DNA of 64,000 bases, from positions 1 through 64,000 of IMG/VR virus record IMGVR_UViG_3300035698_027961. The stretch is one strand, 5' to 3'. The first letter of the stretch is position 1. The number at the start of each line of letters is the position of its first letter. A program made the position numbers and the translations under genes. Under the pieces are notes generated by a model. That model saw nothing but the letters and a program-made list of their open reading frames with translations, had not been told where the DNA came from and did no database searches. Source of the stretch: a virus. Below are positions 26,321 through 36,087 of the stretch, one piece after another.

Positions 26321-27245
26321 ATTCTAAATACTTCCTCGCGTAATCTATTGGTGAGTTCTTAAGATTGTCTATAACGAATTGCCTTCCGTTGCTTGCAATC
26401 TTATCATAAAGAAGTGAGTCGCTCATTACTTCCTCTATGGCTTCGCAATAAGCATTTAAAGTTTTGGGAACTACTATCCCGTCGTGTCTATTAGATAGCT
26501 CTAAATTTATCTTGGGATGAATGATACACGGAATTTTAGCATAAAGCTGCTCAATTATGGTGCATCCCATTGTCTCGCTCAAGGATGTCGAGAAATAAAT
26601 ATGAGACTGCTTAGCAGAACGAATATGCTCAGAGTAATTATAAGGACTTGGGTAGCCTATAAATTTAAACTTAAACTGAGGAAGATTTTTTGCCACCAAG
26701 AGCGCAAAGTCTACATCCTTAACCATCTGCCTGGAATTACCCTTCCATAGAATGGTTCCATCATCATTGTGAACCGGCTCCCATAGATTTAAATTAGGAG
26801 CTATCCTGAGTAGGTCTATTTTATTATCGTCTATGCCATAGAGCCTGGCTATCTTTGATTTTAATTTATGATTTACCGTTAGTATTTTACTGAAAGCATC
26901 AATTTCAAGATATCTTGATTCTTCTTCTCGATTAACAGTATCTATCAGGTTTGGCCCGGATATTATCTTTATCGAATTATTAAACATTTTAATTATGTTT
27001 ACAAACTCTAATGAAATTCCGCTCCAATGATGTAGAACTTCTGATTTCTTAACAGAGGCTTTTATAGCTTTTGTATCTCGTAAATTCTTGACATTAGGAT
27101 AAGTGCTTGGAATTTTTGAAAAAACATTGACTTCGTAGCCGAGACCTCTGAGTGATTCCGCAAAGCTAACGAGAGAAACGCCGGGGCCATTAAAGTGGCA
27201 TCCGGCGTTTCCATAATTAAAAGTTATTATGGTAACTGTTTTCAA
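26310..27245 (-). CDS. Glycosyltransferase, GT4-like
   Basis: STSLSETMGCTIIE and a C-terminal GT-B pattern. Confidence 0.8.
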   Translation of the reverse strand: MKTVTIITFNYGNAGCHFNGPGVSLVSFAESLRGLGYEVNVFSKIPSTYPNVKNLRDTKAIKASVKKSEVLHHWSGISLEFVNIIKMFNNSIKIISGPNLIDTVNREEESRYLEIDAFSKILTVNHKLKSKIARLYGIDDNKIDLLRIAPNLNLWEPVHNDDGTILWKGNSRQMVKDVDFALLVAKNLPQFKFKFIGYPSPYNYSEHIRSAKQSHIYFSTSLSETMGCTIIEQLYAKIPCIIHPKINLELSNRHDGIVVPKTLNAYCEAIEEVMSDSLLYDKIASNGRQFVIDNLKNSPIDYARKYLEYES

Positions 27246-27246
27246 C

Positions 27247-27564
27247 CTAAGAGTTCCTGTTAAATAAATCCTCTAGGGATTCTTTTCCCTTAAATCCAAC
27301 CATTCTGTCTACTTCCTTTCCGCCTCTAAAAACTATTAGGCATGGAATACTAGTTATTGAATATTGGGCCGAAATTGCTGGAAAATCAGATACATTTACC
27401 TTTCCAATACTAACCGCGCCATCATACTTCTCAGACATTCCGTCAAGAACGGGACCTAGAATCTTACATGGTCCGCACCAAGCGGCCCAAAAATCAACGA
27501 CAACAGTCTTCTCATTTTGGATAAATTCGTTAAAGCTTTCGCTATTTAATTCTTCAACTGCCAT
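27247..27564 (-). CDS. trxA: Thioredoxin
   Basis: VDFWAAWCGPCK and SIP. Confidence 0.97.
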   Translation of the reverse strand: MAVEELNSESFNEFIQNEKTVVVDFWAAWCGPCKILGPVLDGMSEKYDGAVSIGKVNVSDFPAISAQYSITSIPCLIVFRGGKEVDRMVGFKGKESLEDLFNRNS

Positions 27565-27572
27565 AAAATCTC

Positions 27573-27788
27573 CTAGTGGACTTCGTAGTATGAATTAACG
27601 GACATATCTTCCATTATCATGACTAATACGCTATCCTGTTCATCTTTGCTCATTTTGACGAAATCTTCAAAAAGTTCTTTTGCATACTCTGAGGCCAGCG
27701 TTCTTATGTAGTTAGATTCACCACCACTTTTACTGTAAGCTTCCAGTATTCTTAAAGATTCCTCAAATGATCCTTTAGTTAGAAACAT
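27573..27788 (-). CDS. Hypothetical protein (start revised to MFLTKG)
   Basis: The track ORF 27573-27845 overlaps a better-supported ORF at 27775-27933, so the internal ATG at 27788 is preferred. Confidence 0.5.
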   Translation of the reverse strand: MFLTKGSFEESLRILEAYSKSGGESNYIRTLASEYAKELFEDFVKMSKDEQDSVLVMIMEDMSVNSYYEVH

Positions 27789-27933
27789 CTTTTTTATCCC
27801 CCGTATCCTCCTCTGTCTTTTTATCAGAGTCTTCAACAAGGTCATCTACGGTATATCTTTCTTCCTGTGAGGCTGTTTTGGCTCCGTCTTTCTTTACGAA
27901 AACCTTAACCTCTCCATCTTTCTTAAAACTCAT
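27775..27933 (-). CDS. Small charged protein (52 aa, not in ORF track)
   Basis: GGAGG RBS. MSFKKDGEVKVFVKKDGAKTASQEERYTVDDLVEDSDKKTEEDTGDKKDVSN*. Confidence 0.6.
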   Translation of the reverse strand: MSFKKDGEVKVFVKKDGAKTASQEERYTVDDLVEDSDKKTEEDTGDKKDVSN

Positions 27934-27977
27934 TAAGCCTCCTGGCACTATTTACAATAGTATATCCCAATATAAAT

Positions 27978-27985
27978 ATATTACC
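27978..27985 (-). promoter_or_regulatory. Putative promoter motif GGTAATAT
   Basis: Member of the recurring GGTAHTAT set. Confidence 0.4.
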
Positions 27986-28002
27986 GCAAGGATTTGATTT
28001 TT

Positions 28003-29577
28003 TTAGATCAATTTCAAGAACCTGAGGAACTTTAGAAGTAATGATTCCTTGGCGGTAGCAACCGGTTTATTTATATGATCGGAATCCTGGTCAGAAGTGT
28101 TATCCTCCGCGCCAGTCACCGAGTTTTCAAGGGCAGCCTCGTCCTTGGAATTTTGCAGAAAGTTCATTTTTTCTACTTCCAGTAAAATTAATCTAAGTGA
28201 TTCGCGTAGTTTACTGATTTCGATATCTCTAGACTCATCTGAGGTTTCTTTTACATTTTTACCACCAGCCGAACCTAATTTTTCATTAAATGCCCGCACT
28301 AAATCTCTGCCTTTACTATAATCAATTGATCTTTTTATAGCTTTAGCGGGAGTAATCGTGTTTTTGTTCTTTCTAGGGCCATCTTCCGCTAAGGCAAACT
28401 CATCTATCGACTGACTCTCTATAAGTCTTTTCTTAATGAGTATATCCCTACTTTTTTCACGTATCTTTATAAGTTTTTTAGATTCAGATTCAAGAAACTT
28501 AAGGTAAGCATCGCCAGACATGCTCTGTGATAAATCTAGCCTCTCAGAAATATTTATTTTCTTCGGAGAGTCATCGGACGCATCTTCACAGGATAAGCTA
28601 AACCTATTTGCCTTAGCCCTCATGAATGTCTCTGCTGCCTTGCCCCTAAGGCCAGATTTGTAGTACTCGGCAGTCTCTCTCAGCCCATCATCAAAATTCT
28701 TTACAATATGGTATCCAAAAGATTCACTTGCCCAGCCGGTATCCGCCTGAGAGCATCTAACATCACCGGCCCGCTCTTTTCTGTAAAAAGGCTCCATACA
28801 ACCTAACTTTTCGTGTAGCTCATTTACTGTAACTTTAATGCCGGAACCAACATTAAAGACCATATGTTTTAATGGCATTGAAAAAGTTGATGCCAAATAA
28901 TTCGCCTCAACTACGTTATCAACATGAGTGAAGTCACGGTATTGTTCACCATCCCCATGAATGATTGGCCTAATTTTTAATTTATTGCATTCTAAAAATG
29001 AAGATATTACCGAGGCATATGGTGAATCACCTCTCTGACGGTTGCCAAAAACATTAAAATACCTAAGACAAACAGTTTCATTCTTATAAATCTTGGAAAA
29101 AAGTTCGCAAAGTTCTTCGCCAAACTTCTTATGCATTGCGTAAGGAGACTTGGGGCTTAGAGGGGTGTCTTCCGGTGTTGGTAGAATCTGGGATCCTCCA
29201 TAAACCGAAGAAGAGGATGAGAAGATAAATCTAGCACCGTGTTCTTTCGCAAGATTAAGAACATTAACCGTCCCCATAATATTTACATCTGATGTTTCAA
29301 CAGGCTGCTCAACCGAATAATACACTCCGGGAATTGCAGCAAGATGAAATACATAATCAGGCATAAAGCTATCAAAAACTTTCTGTAGTGATTTCATATC
29401 TCTGATATCAACTTGTTCAAAGGAAAGGCGCGGATTATCACTATGCTGGTCTAAATTGGCTAGGTCTCCACGGCTTAGATTGTCAATCACACAGACTTCA
29501 AACCCCTTATACATAAGTTTATCAACTAGGTGGCTTCCTATGAAGCCACATCCGCCAGTAACTATTGCTTTTTTCAT
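28003..29577 (-). CDS. NAD-dependent nucleotide-sugar epimerase/dehydratase (SDR) with a ~210-aa C-terminal extension
   Basis: GGCGFIG, HLAA, SSSSVYG, SPYAMHK (YxxxK), RYFNVFG and RDFTHV. Confidence 0.9.
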   Translation of the reverse strand: MKKAIVTGGCGFIGSHLVDKLMYKGFEVCVIDNLSRGDLANLDQHSDNPRLSFEQVDIRDMKSLQKVFDSFMPDYVFHLAAIPGVYYSVEQPVETSDVNIMGTVNVLNLAKEHGARFIFSSSSSVYGGSQILPTPEDTPLSPKSPYAMHKKFGEELCELFSKIYKNETVCLRYFNVFGNRQRGDSPYASVISSFLECNKLKIRPIIHGDGEQYRDFTHVDNVVEANYLASTFSMPLKHMVFNVGSGIKVTVNELHEKLGCMEPFYRKERAGDVRCSQADTGWASESFGYHIVKNFDDGLRETAEYYKSGLRGKAAETFMRAKANRFSLSCEDASDDSPKKINISERLDLSQSMSGDAYLKFLESESKKLIKIREKSRDILIKKRLIESQSIDEFALAEDGPRKNKNTITPAKAIKRSIDYSKGRDLVRAFNEKLGSAGGKNVKETSDESRDIEISKLRESLRLILLEVEKMNFLQNSKDEAALENSVTGAEDNTSDQDSDHINKPVATAKESLLLKFLRFLKLI

Positions 29578-30572
29578 TTAATTATCCTTTTTAGTGAGCC
29601 AATATCATTTAAATACATTTCTTTCAGAAGTTTCTTCCAGTCATAATTCGATGACCAACCAAGCTTATCGGAAGCCTTACTGGGATCGCCGCGTAAGAAT
29701 AATACCTCGGACGGCCTCATAAATCTAGAATCTTCCCTATATATATCTGAGAAATTTAATTCGGCCAGGCTACAGACGTACTCAAACATCTCTTTAATTG
29801 TAGCACCTGTTCCGGTAGAGATTAGATAATCATCAGGAGAATCTTGCTGAAGCATCATCCACATCGCTTTAACGAAATCCTTGGAGTGACCCTCATCCCT
29901 GAATGCTTCTAGATTTCCCATTCTTACTTCGGACTTAAGACCCAGCTTAACTGAGGCAACCCCCGATGTTATTTTCCTGGTTGCAAAGTCGTGCCCTCTT
30001 CTTGGGCTGGAATGGTTGAATAACATTCCATTGCATGCAAAAATATCATAAGCTTCTCGATAGTTAATCACAGACCAGTATGCGGCAACCTTAGATACGC
30101 CATATGGTGACCTGGGATGAAACGGTGAATCTTCCGTATATCCAGAGTTTGGACATCCGATACCTCCCCACATTTCGCTAGTGCTGGCCTGATAAAAACG
30201 AGTTGACGGAGAGAATTGGCGAATCAATTCTAGCTGATTAATGACAGCCTCAGAGTTAACCCTGAACGTTAATTGCGGCTCACAGAAAGACTGTCCGACA
30301 TTTGACATTGCGGCCAAGTTATACCATTCATGTGGCTGATAATCATGCAGGACTCTTGAGATAAGTGTTGGGTCTAAAATATCACCATATATAATTTTAA
30401 AATTATCATTAGGTAATAGATGCAGAACGTTATCTATACATAGGTATGTACTCTTTCGCCTAGTTATTCCGATAACGGTATAGCCTTTGCTTAGCAAGAG
30501 TTCTGACAGATACGATCCATCCTGACCGGCGACTCCAGTAATTACCGCAGTTAGTCCCTTATGAGTTGTCAA
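29574..30572 (-). CDS. gmd: GDP-mannose 4,6-dehydratase
   Basis: TGVAGQDGSYL, YQASTSE, PRSPYGVSK, FNHSSPRRG..F.TRKI and RPSEV..L.GD.SKA. Confidence 0.95.
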   Translation of the reverse strand: MTTHKGLTAVITGVAGQDGSYLSELLLSKGYTVIGITRRKSTYLCIDNVLHLLPNDNFKIIYGDILDPTLISRVLHDYQPHEWYNLAAMSNVGQSFCEPQLTFRVNSEAVINQLELIRQFSPSTRFYQASTSEMWGGIGCPNSGYTEDSPFHPRSPYGVSKVAAYWSVINYREAYDIFACNGMLFNHSSPRRGHDFATRKITSGVASVKLGLKSEVRMGNLEAFRDEGHSKDFVKAMWMMLQQDSPDDYLISTGTGATIKEMFEYVCSLAELNFSDIYREDSRFMRPSEVLFLRGDPSKASDKLGWSSNYDWKKLLKEMYLNDIGSLKRIIK

Positions 30573-30780
30573 TTATATCTCCTGTGCGACGATCATAAAA
30601 ATAAGCCAATACGTCTTTCAAAACACTCCACACAAGGTGCGCGGCCTTTATCCATATTTGAAATTTTTTCCATGTTATATATTAGGTACCTTATCTCTTT
30701 TCCAATGGCCCCGAAAAAATCATATTTTATTTCTTTTGATATTTAAAATTTAACAATATAGCTTAGGAATCAGAAAATAA

Positions 30781-31167
30781 CTAATCCTCCAGTTCAAAGT
30801 ATTCAACGGCAGCTTTTGAAAATTGACGTGCGGTCATATTAGAAATTTCCTCTAACCTGTCTATATTATAGAGTAGGTATTCTTTTTCCAGCTCGGTAAA
30901 TATAGGAGAATTTGAAATAAGATCAAGAGCCTTGCCTGGGTCTTTTTCTAGCAACTTAATTGAAGCAACCTTATTAATCCAGGCGTATGAAAAATCTTTA
31001 TTTGAATCGTTATTCGAATTAAAATTTTCATAAAATGCACTAGATTTGTAAGCATCCTTTAGCTTATCGACTCTATCATATATATCTGTTTCTTTACCTT
31101 CTGGCTCATCTTTAGAGAATCTAGAGGATTTTTTCTCAACTCTTTTTACAACGCCACCTTTACTCAT
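30781..31167 (-). CDS. Hypothetical protein
   Basis: 128 aa. Shares an EKD......I.....F.E.EK..L motif with the adjacent ORF. Confidence 0.6.
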   Translation of the reverse strand: MSKGGVVKRVEKKSSRFSKDEPEGKETDIYDRVDKLKDAYKSSAFYENFNSNNDSNKDFSYAWINKVASIKLLEKDPGKALDLISNSPIFTELEKEYLLYNIDRLEEISNMTARQFSKAAVEYFELED

Positions 31168-31171
31168 TCGA

Positions 31172-31759
31172 TTATCCTAAGTTATCTTTGATTATTTTTT
31201 TAATTTGTTCTATATTTTCAAACTTGGAAAATAAATAGCCATATTTTCCGAAATTGTTCATAGAAAATATAACGTTAGTCTTTGATTCTTCAGAGATTAA
31301 TATGGATGACATTATAGAAGAGAATGCTTCGGGTTCTTTTAAAGTACTTTCGCAACGATTACCAAGTGCGTTAAAGGGAAATGGAATACTAAGCTGTTTT
31401 TGGTCTTTCATACCAATCACTAATAACGTTGAATTTATTATATCTAATTTCGCTAAATCTGTGATATATTCGTTATTAATTATATCATTTAAATATTTTG
31501 CCATTTTAGAACTAGATGATCCATCTTTATGAAGCTTAATTAAATTATTCTTAAAATCTTGCTTAAGGAGCCCAATTAGATGTTCCGTTAAGATATTCTT
31601 TTCGGTCTCATTGAAAGTTGCCGTAGATAAAATCTCTTTTATAAAAGTTTCTTTATCTTTTTCATTTTTTACTAGCGCATCTTTGAACTCTCTGGCGCAC
31701 GATGATGCCCGAAGCCTTCTTTTCCTCTCTTCGCTATCCAATTCAGTTAAAGTTGTCAT
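31172..31759 (-). CDS. Hypothetical protein
   Basis: 195 aa, tightly packed within the cluster. Confidence 0.6.
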   Translation of the reverse strand: MTTLTELDSEERKRRLRASSCAREFKDALVKNEKDKETFIKEILSTATFNETEKNILTEHLIGLLKQDFKNNLIKLHKDGSSSSKMAKYLNDIINNEYITDLAKLDIINSTLLVIGMKDQKQLSIPFPFNALGNRCESTLKEPEAFSSIMSSILISEESKTNVIFSMNNFGKYGYLFSKFENIEQIKKIIKDNLG

Positions 31760-31763
31760 ATAC

Positions 31764-32597
31764 CTAATCCTTTCTAAATTTATTTCTTTCTTTAATAGCG
31801 GCCTTTAAGACTCTTCTTGGTGTGCCCTTCTTCTTCATAAATTGCAACAAAGCATTTGTATCCTTCGGAAAACACGCCCCGCCATAACTAAGCTTGCCAT
31901 CCGGCCCAGGGACAGATACGTGATTTGAAGAGATCCACGAGTTATCAAGCATCATAGATAATACTTTATTGTAGTCCGCTCCGGTTTCTTCACAGAGGGT
32001 ATAAAATTCATTAAAAATTTGCACTTTAATAGCATAAAATGAATTAGCGAAAAGCTTCATCGACTCTGACTCTTCAGGGCTAGATGTCGAAATCTTAGCA
32101 TTAGGAAATAAGTCTTTATACATGTGAACCATAACTTCTTCATCATCTGAATTAACAGAACCTATGACTATGTGCTTTTGGTTTCTAAAGTCTTCAACCG
32201 CAGTTCTTGCCGTTAGAAATTCTGGATTATGAACCATTCTAAGTCCATATTTTATAGCAAGGTCTCTGGTTGTCTCTGGCTCAACCGTGCTTTTAATAAC
32301 AACAATTCCCTCATATGAGTTATTCTTAAGAATCTTACATGTATCATATATTGCTGACTTGTCAAACCCGACTTTATCAACGTATGGTGTCGGAAGGCAT
32401 AAAAATACAACATCTGTGTTAATAACTCTATCGATACTTCCAATTCCATTGTACTTATCGTAAGCGTTCAAACTATATTTGCCATCAAAGGTCGGAAGCT
32501 TTTCGGACAGCACCATTCTCATAGCCCCTCCGACAAATCCGAGGCCGATGATTCCTATGCGCATACTTAATCCTTTATTTGGTGTAGGCTGATTCAA
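31764..32597 (-). CDS. UDP-glucose/GDP-mannose dehydrogenase family, short form
   Basis: GLGFVG, CLPTP, KSTV.P, NPEFL and YGGACFPKD (catalytic Cys). Ends without the C-terminal UDP-binding domain. Confidence 0.88.
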   Translation of the reverse strand: MNQPTPNKGLSMRIGIIGLGFVGGAMRMVLSEKLPTFDGKYSLNAYDKYNGIGSIDRVINTDVVFLCLPTPYVDKVGFDKSAIYDTCKILKNNSYEGIVVIKSTVEPETTRDLAIKYGLRMVHNPEFLTARTAVEDFRNQKHIVIGSVNSDDEEVMVHMYKDLFPNAKISTSSPEESESMKLFANSFYAIKVQIFNEFYTLCEETGADYNKVLSMMLDNSWISSNHVSVPGPDGKLSYGGACFPKDTNALLQFMKKKGTPRRVLKAAIKERNKFRKD

Positions 32598-33510
32598 ACT
32601 CTTCCATTATAATCCTTAGCTCGTCTTTCTTAACATGACGGTTGTCTGATTTATACGGTGAGTCGAAGTATTCTTTTACTATTTCATATGACGGCCAATA
32701 AAACAAACTTTTACCGGCGTCCTCTGATTCTCTATAGAATTCGTCAATGGCGGACCTTAGTATAGACTTTGATACACTATTTGCAGTAACGCAAGATTTA
32801 TCTCTAAATGTGGCAACAAGCGGAACCGGAGATAGAGAAAATACAACATTTGCATTAGGACGATTCTTTTTTATCAAACTATATATATATTTTATGTTCT
32901 TTTTATTCTCTGAGAATGAGGCGACTTTAAAAGCATGAACCTTTGGGTTAAATTTTTCTTCGGGTATGGACCTCCAGAAGACAGCACCTGACTCTTTATT
33001 ATACCACACTTCGCTAAGCCCAAGGGTTATAATAAACAGGTCAGTCTTATTAAAAACATCGAGAGTCGACTTCCTCAAAGCCTTGCTTCTGGATATCTTA
33101 TTCTTGTCAGATGCGTGCCAAGTCTCTTCTGAGAATTCTTTATTTTCATAGACCCACTCAAAAAGTTGGCGAATAGCAAAGGTGTTATTAACTCCGGCCC
33201 TGAAGTCTATTATTTCTCCGGATGATCCACTTGATATAGAGTATCCTTTTTCGACTAAGTAGTTTGATATATTTTCGGCAAAACAGCTTCCGAATGCCAA
33301 AATCTTTGTATCTTTGGATATGAAAGGCTCTTGTGGTAGCCATCCCTTTAGGATATACTTCTTAATGGCTTCGGGTTCTTTTAAATTTGCAAGGCTGGGG
33401 TTAAAATTACAATTTTCTCCGCGATACCAGCTTTTATGAGCCTCTCCGGATATTCCGTCCTTAGTGTAGTATATTTTTCCGTTCTTTCTTTCGGTCTTGT
33501 CGTTGGACAT
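32575..33510 (-). CDS. GSCFA-domain protein
   Basis: FGSCFAENI, FIITLGLSEVW, SLSPVPL, NSVSKSILR, YWPSYEI and DNRHV. Confidence 0.88.
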   Translation of the reverse strand: MSNDKTERKNGKIYYTKDGISGEAHKSWYRGENCNFNPSLANLKEPEAIKKYILKGWLPQEPFISKDTKILAFGSCFAENISNYLVEKGYSISSGSSGEIIDFRAGVNNTFAIRQLFEWVYENKEFSEETWHASDKNKISRSKALRKSTLDVFNKTDLFIITLGLSEVWYNKESGAVFWRSIPEEKFNPKVHAFKVASFSENKKNIKYIYSLIKKNRPNANVVFSLSPVPLVATFRDKSCVTANSVSKSILRSAIDEFYRESEDAGKSLFYWPSYEIVKEYFDSPYKSDNRHVKKDELRIIMEEFESAYTK

Positions 33511-34026
33511 TTAGCCCTCCGGGTACACCAGGATAATGTTTTCCTCTTGGTATACAATACTACCACCAGGCTTTAATAACCTTAGTATGTATTTTTTATT
33601 TTTTTTAAAAAATGCTGCATCGTCAATAATCAATGCGTCTATTGCTCTATTGGGCATTGCCGATAGGCCGTTTAGCTCTTTGTCTTCGGAAATCCTAAAT
33701 ATAAAAGACTTTGGGTGGCTAAGACTTATACTTAAAAGTAAGTCGATATCTTTATCTGCCACCATATATTGCACTTGTAATTTATCAGACAGGGCAGAAA
33801 TATTCTTAAAAGACTTGGAAGATAAGTCTAAGACTACATCATAGTCTTTTAAATTATAAAACCACCAGGATTGCTCCATGATGGCCTCTGTAGACTTTGA
33901 ATACTTTTCTAAACATAGAGTTTCTTCAGCTTTAATTCCAATTATATTTCTATAGATATGCGGGCATAATGCACATCGCTTTTCGCAAAAAATATTAGAT
34001 CCGCAATGACTACATAATAGATCCAT
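33511..34026 (-). CDS. Cys-rich N-terminus plus a degenerate methyltransferase-like fold
   Basis: CSHC..C...CALC, VVLDL and RLLKPGG. Confidence 0.5.
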   Translation of the reverse strand: MDLLCSHCGSNIFCEKRCALCPHIYRNIIGIKAEETLCLEKYSKSTEAIMEQSWWFYNLKDYDVVLDLSSKSFKNISALSDKLQVQYMVADKDIDLLLSISLSHPKSFIFRISEDKELNGLSAMPNRAIDALIIDDAAFFKKNKKYILRLLKPGGSIVYQEENIILVYPEG

Positions 34027-34279
34027 ATCCTTCTCCGAAAATTTTTCTAGATAATTTTAATAAATTTTTATTCCTCAAAAAGAATGATATAAATTTTTTG
34101 TCTTTAGATAATTCTTCCCATCTCTTCAGCACATTCATGCTGGTCGCCTGGCCGTCGAAGGTCTTTCCGTCAAAGCTGCTTCCGCCTCCATGATTAAATT
34201 CAAAATCATTAATTATTTTAGGCATTCTCCAGGGCCCCTCTAATTCTATCTGCGGCCTTCTTCCATGAATTGTTCTCAA
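34010..34279 (-). CDS. Hypothetical protein (start uncertain, perhaps MPKII)
   Basis: Short ORF between cluster genes. Confidence 0.45.
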   Translation of the reverse strand: MRTIHGRRPQIELEGPWRMPKIINDFEFNHGGGSSFDGKTFDGQATSMNVLKRWEELSKDKKFISFFLRNKNLLKLSRKIFGEGYGSIM

Positions 34280-35405
34280 TTAACTTAAGCCTATCGGACT
34301 TGCTAACTAAATTATCTATGTCTGATAAAAACGTATTAAGTATGGATTCTTCACTGCAATCAAATATACGATAATCCATGTAGTCGTCAACTAAATCTTT
34401 TTTAATAAACGGACCATTAAATATCCCGATATCTACATTCTCATAGGGCCCGAGAGAATCGACTCCTAGGCCCTGAGAACCCCACTTTACAAACTTATCT
34501 TCTCCGCTAGGTATATATAGTTTGCATCCTGCCATCAAAGCTTCGATCCCGGTCAATCCACAACTTTCGACATGCGTTACACAGAATATATGGGAGCTAT
34601 TCAGGCACTCGGCTATCTGAAAGATATTACATCCCAGTCCGTCTGCAATTCCATTTCTCTTATCGTATTCAGATTCCCACCATCTAAATGATAAATCATG
34701 AGTCCATTCTTTCAAATCAAAATTGAAGAATTCAAAACCTTTATTAAGTCTGACTAATTTAATCTTTCTGTCCGGAAATATCTCTGAAATTTTAAATATT
34801 GACTTTAGATAAACATCTGTTATATCAGCTCTGAAATCTTGAAGTGCTGCGTGGTCCATTACAATGTTTATCGAATCGTATTTCTTTGAAGATGGATCAA
34901 ATATTTTATGGTCTGCGCACCAGCCCATGTATGTCGGTCGTATTGATTTATTTTTTGAATCATTTACTATGGCATCTAATGCTGCCTGGTTTGGAATTTT
35001 CCTAGCGACAAACAGATAATCTTCGTTATATTTGTTTGGGCCAAAGTGGTCATGAATTGAGCATAGCTTTACGTCGCTATTAATCTTTTTTATAAAGCGA
35101 ATATCAGCGTCATTTAACTTTGCAAACCCTCTTTGAACTGTAGTGAGGCAATAGTCGACATCACTTTTATTCTCATCTAGATGGCTTAGCACTTTGGCGA
35201 CCTGAGCCCTTCTTCGTTCTTTTGTTCCATAGTATTCTGATGATATATACTTAACCCACTCTTCGCTGTCAGCAAGATCCGATGAAGGAATAATGTCAAA
35301 GTGCCTTGATAGATATTTTGATAAGAAAAACGAACAGACATTAGCATGAGTATTGATGTTAATTTTCTTTTTTGGTTGCGGATATATTAAAAGCTTTTTC
35401 TTCAT
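34218..35405 (-). CDS. Divergent GT-B glycosyltransferase
   Basis: THVESCGLTGIEALMAG (E-x7-E) and C-terminal SWKKAA.RI. Confidence 0.7.
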   Translation of the reverse strand: MKKKLLIYPQPKKKININTHANVCSFFLSKYLSRHFDIIPSSDLADSEEWVKYISSEYYGTKERRRAQVAKVLSHLDENKSDVDYCLTTVQRGFAKLNDADIRFIKKINSDVKLCSIHDHFGPNKYNEDYLFVARKIPNQAALDAIVNDSKNKSIRPTYMGWCADHKIFDPSSKKYDSINIVMDHAALQDFRADITDVYLKSIFKISEIFPDRKIKLVRLNKGFEFFNFDLKEWTHDLSFRWWESEYDKRNGIADGLGCNIFQIAECLNSSHIFCVTHVESCGLTGIEALMAGCKLYIPSGEDKFVKWGSQGLGVDSLGPYENVDIGIFNGPFIKKDLVDDYMDYRIFDCSEESILNTFLSDIDNLVSKSDRLKLIENNSWKKAADRIRGALENA

Positions 35406-35406
35406 A

Positions 35407-36087
35407 TTATTCCTTGAAGTATCTATAATAACTAGTCTTACTAAAATATTTTTTAAGCTCTTGATAGTTTAAAATTGAATCGACCAAGGTTCTGCGGTCT
35501 AGCTTCTCAGACCCTCGACCTGAGGTAGATGATACCCTGTATTCATTTAGATTTAAAAAATTAAATATATCTCTTGTGACAGCCTGCTTATCTAGAACTA
35601 AGTCTTCGTATGATACTTTGATATTATCAAGTTTTTCAATAAACTGTAATGCAGATAGCTCATCACTTTCCCAATCTTTAAAAAACTTATGCAGTTTGGA
35701 CTTATCAATAAATATTGGTTTCGTATCGAGTCTGACTTTCGCTGCGTCCGACAGGGCGGCCCCGTTTTTCTCATAACATCCATATTTTCTAGCCATCTCT
35801 TTGGATAAAAATACCTCTAATTTATTGTCTCTAGTTAGAAATATAACCTTTAGCTTCTGCTCTGGTCGGATTCTCTCATGAACCTTGGTTTTGGTTTTCA
35901 AAAGGAATCCGCAAGCTTTACCATTACACCCTGAGAAGCCCTGCTCGAAAGCCCATGAGTCACCATGAGATAGTATATCCGCAGTTTGTGAGTCCGAATT
36001 GCAACAGATATCTGGATGAGAATTTAAAAGGTTCATCAGCATATGACTTCCGACTCTCTGTTGTGAAAGTATTACGAACTTAATCAA
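35407..36087 (-). CDS. Sulfotransferase (Stf0-like)
   Basis: 5'-PSB-like QRVGSHML..LLNSHP, 3'-PB-like IFLTRDNKLEVFLS, YEDL and IFNFL. Confidence 0.82.
   Translation of the reverse strand: MIKFVILSQQRVGSHMLMNLLNSHPDICCNSDSQTADILSHGDSWAFEQGFSGCNGKACGFLLKTKTKVHERIRPEQKLKVIFLTRDNKLEVFLSKEMARKYGCYEKNGAALSDAAKVRLDTKPIFIDKSKLHKFFKDWESDELSALQFIEKLDNIKVSYEDLVLDKQAVTRDIFNFLNLNEYRVSSTSGRGSEKLDRRTLVDSILNYQELKKYFSKTSYYRYFKE

Noticed and set aside
30573-30780. Possible gene in the gap upstream of gmd (track ORF 30561-30746 +; 26-aa minus ORF MEKISNMDKGRAPCVEC...)
   Set aside because: The ORFs are short or antisense, with no convincing RBS or motif.
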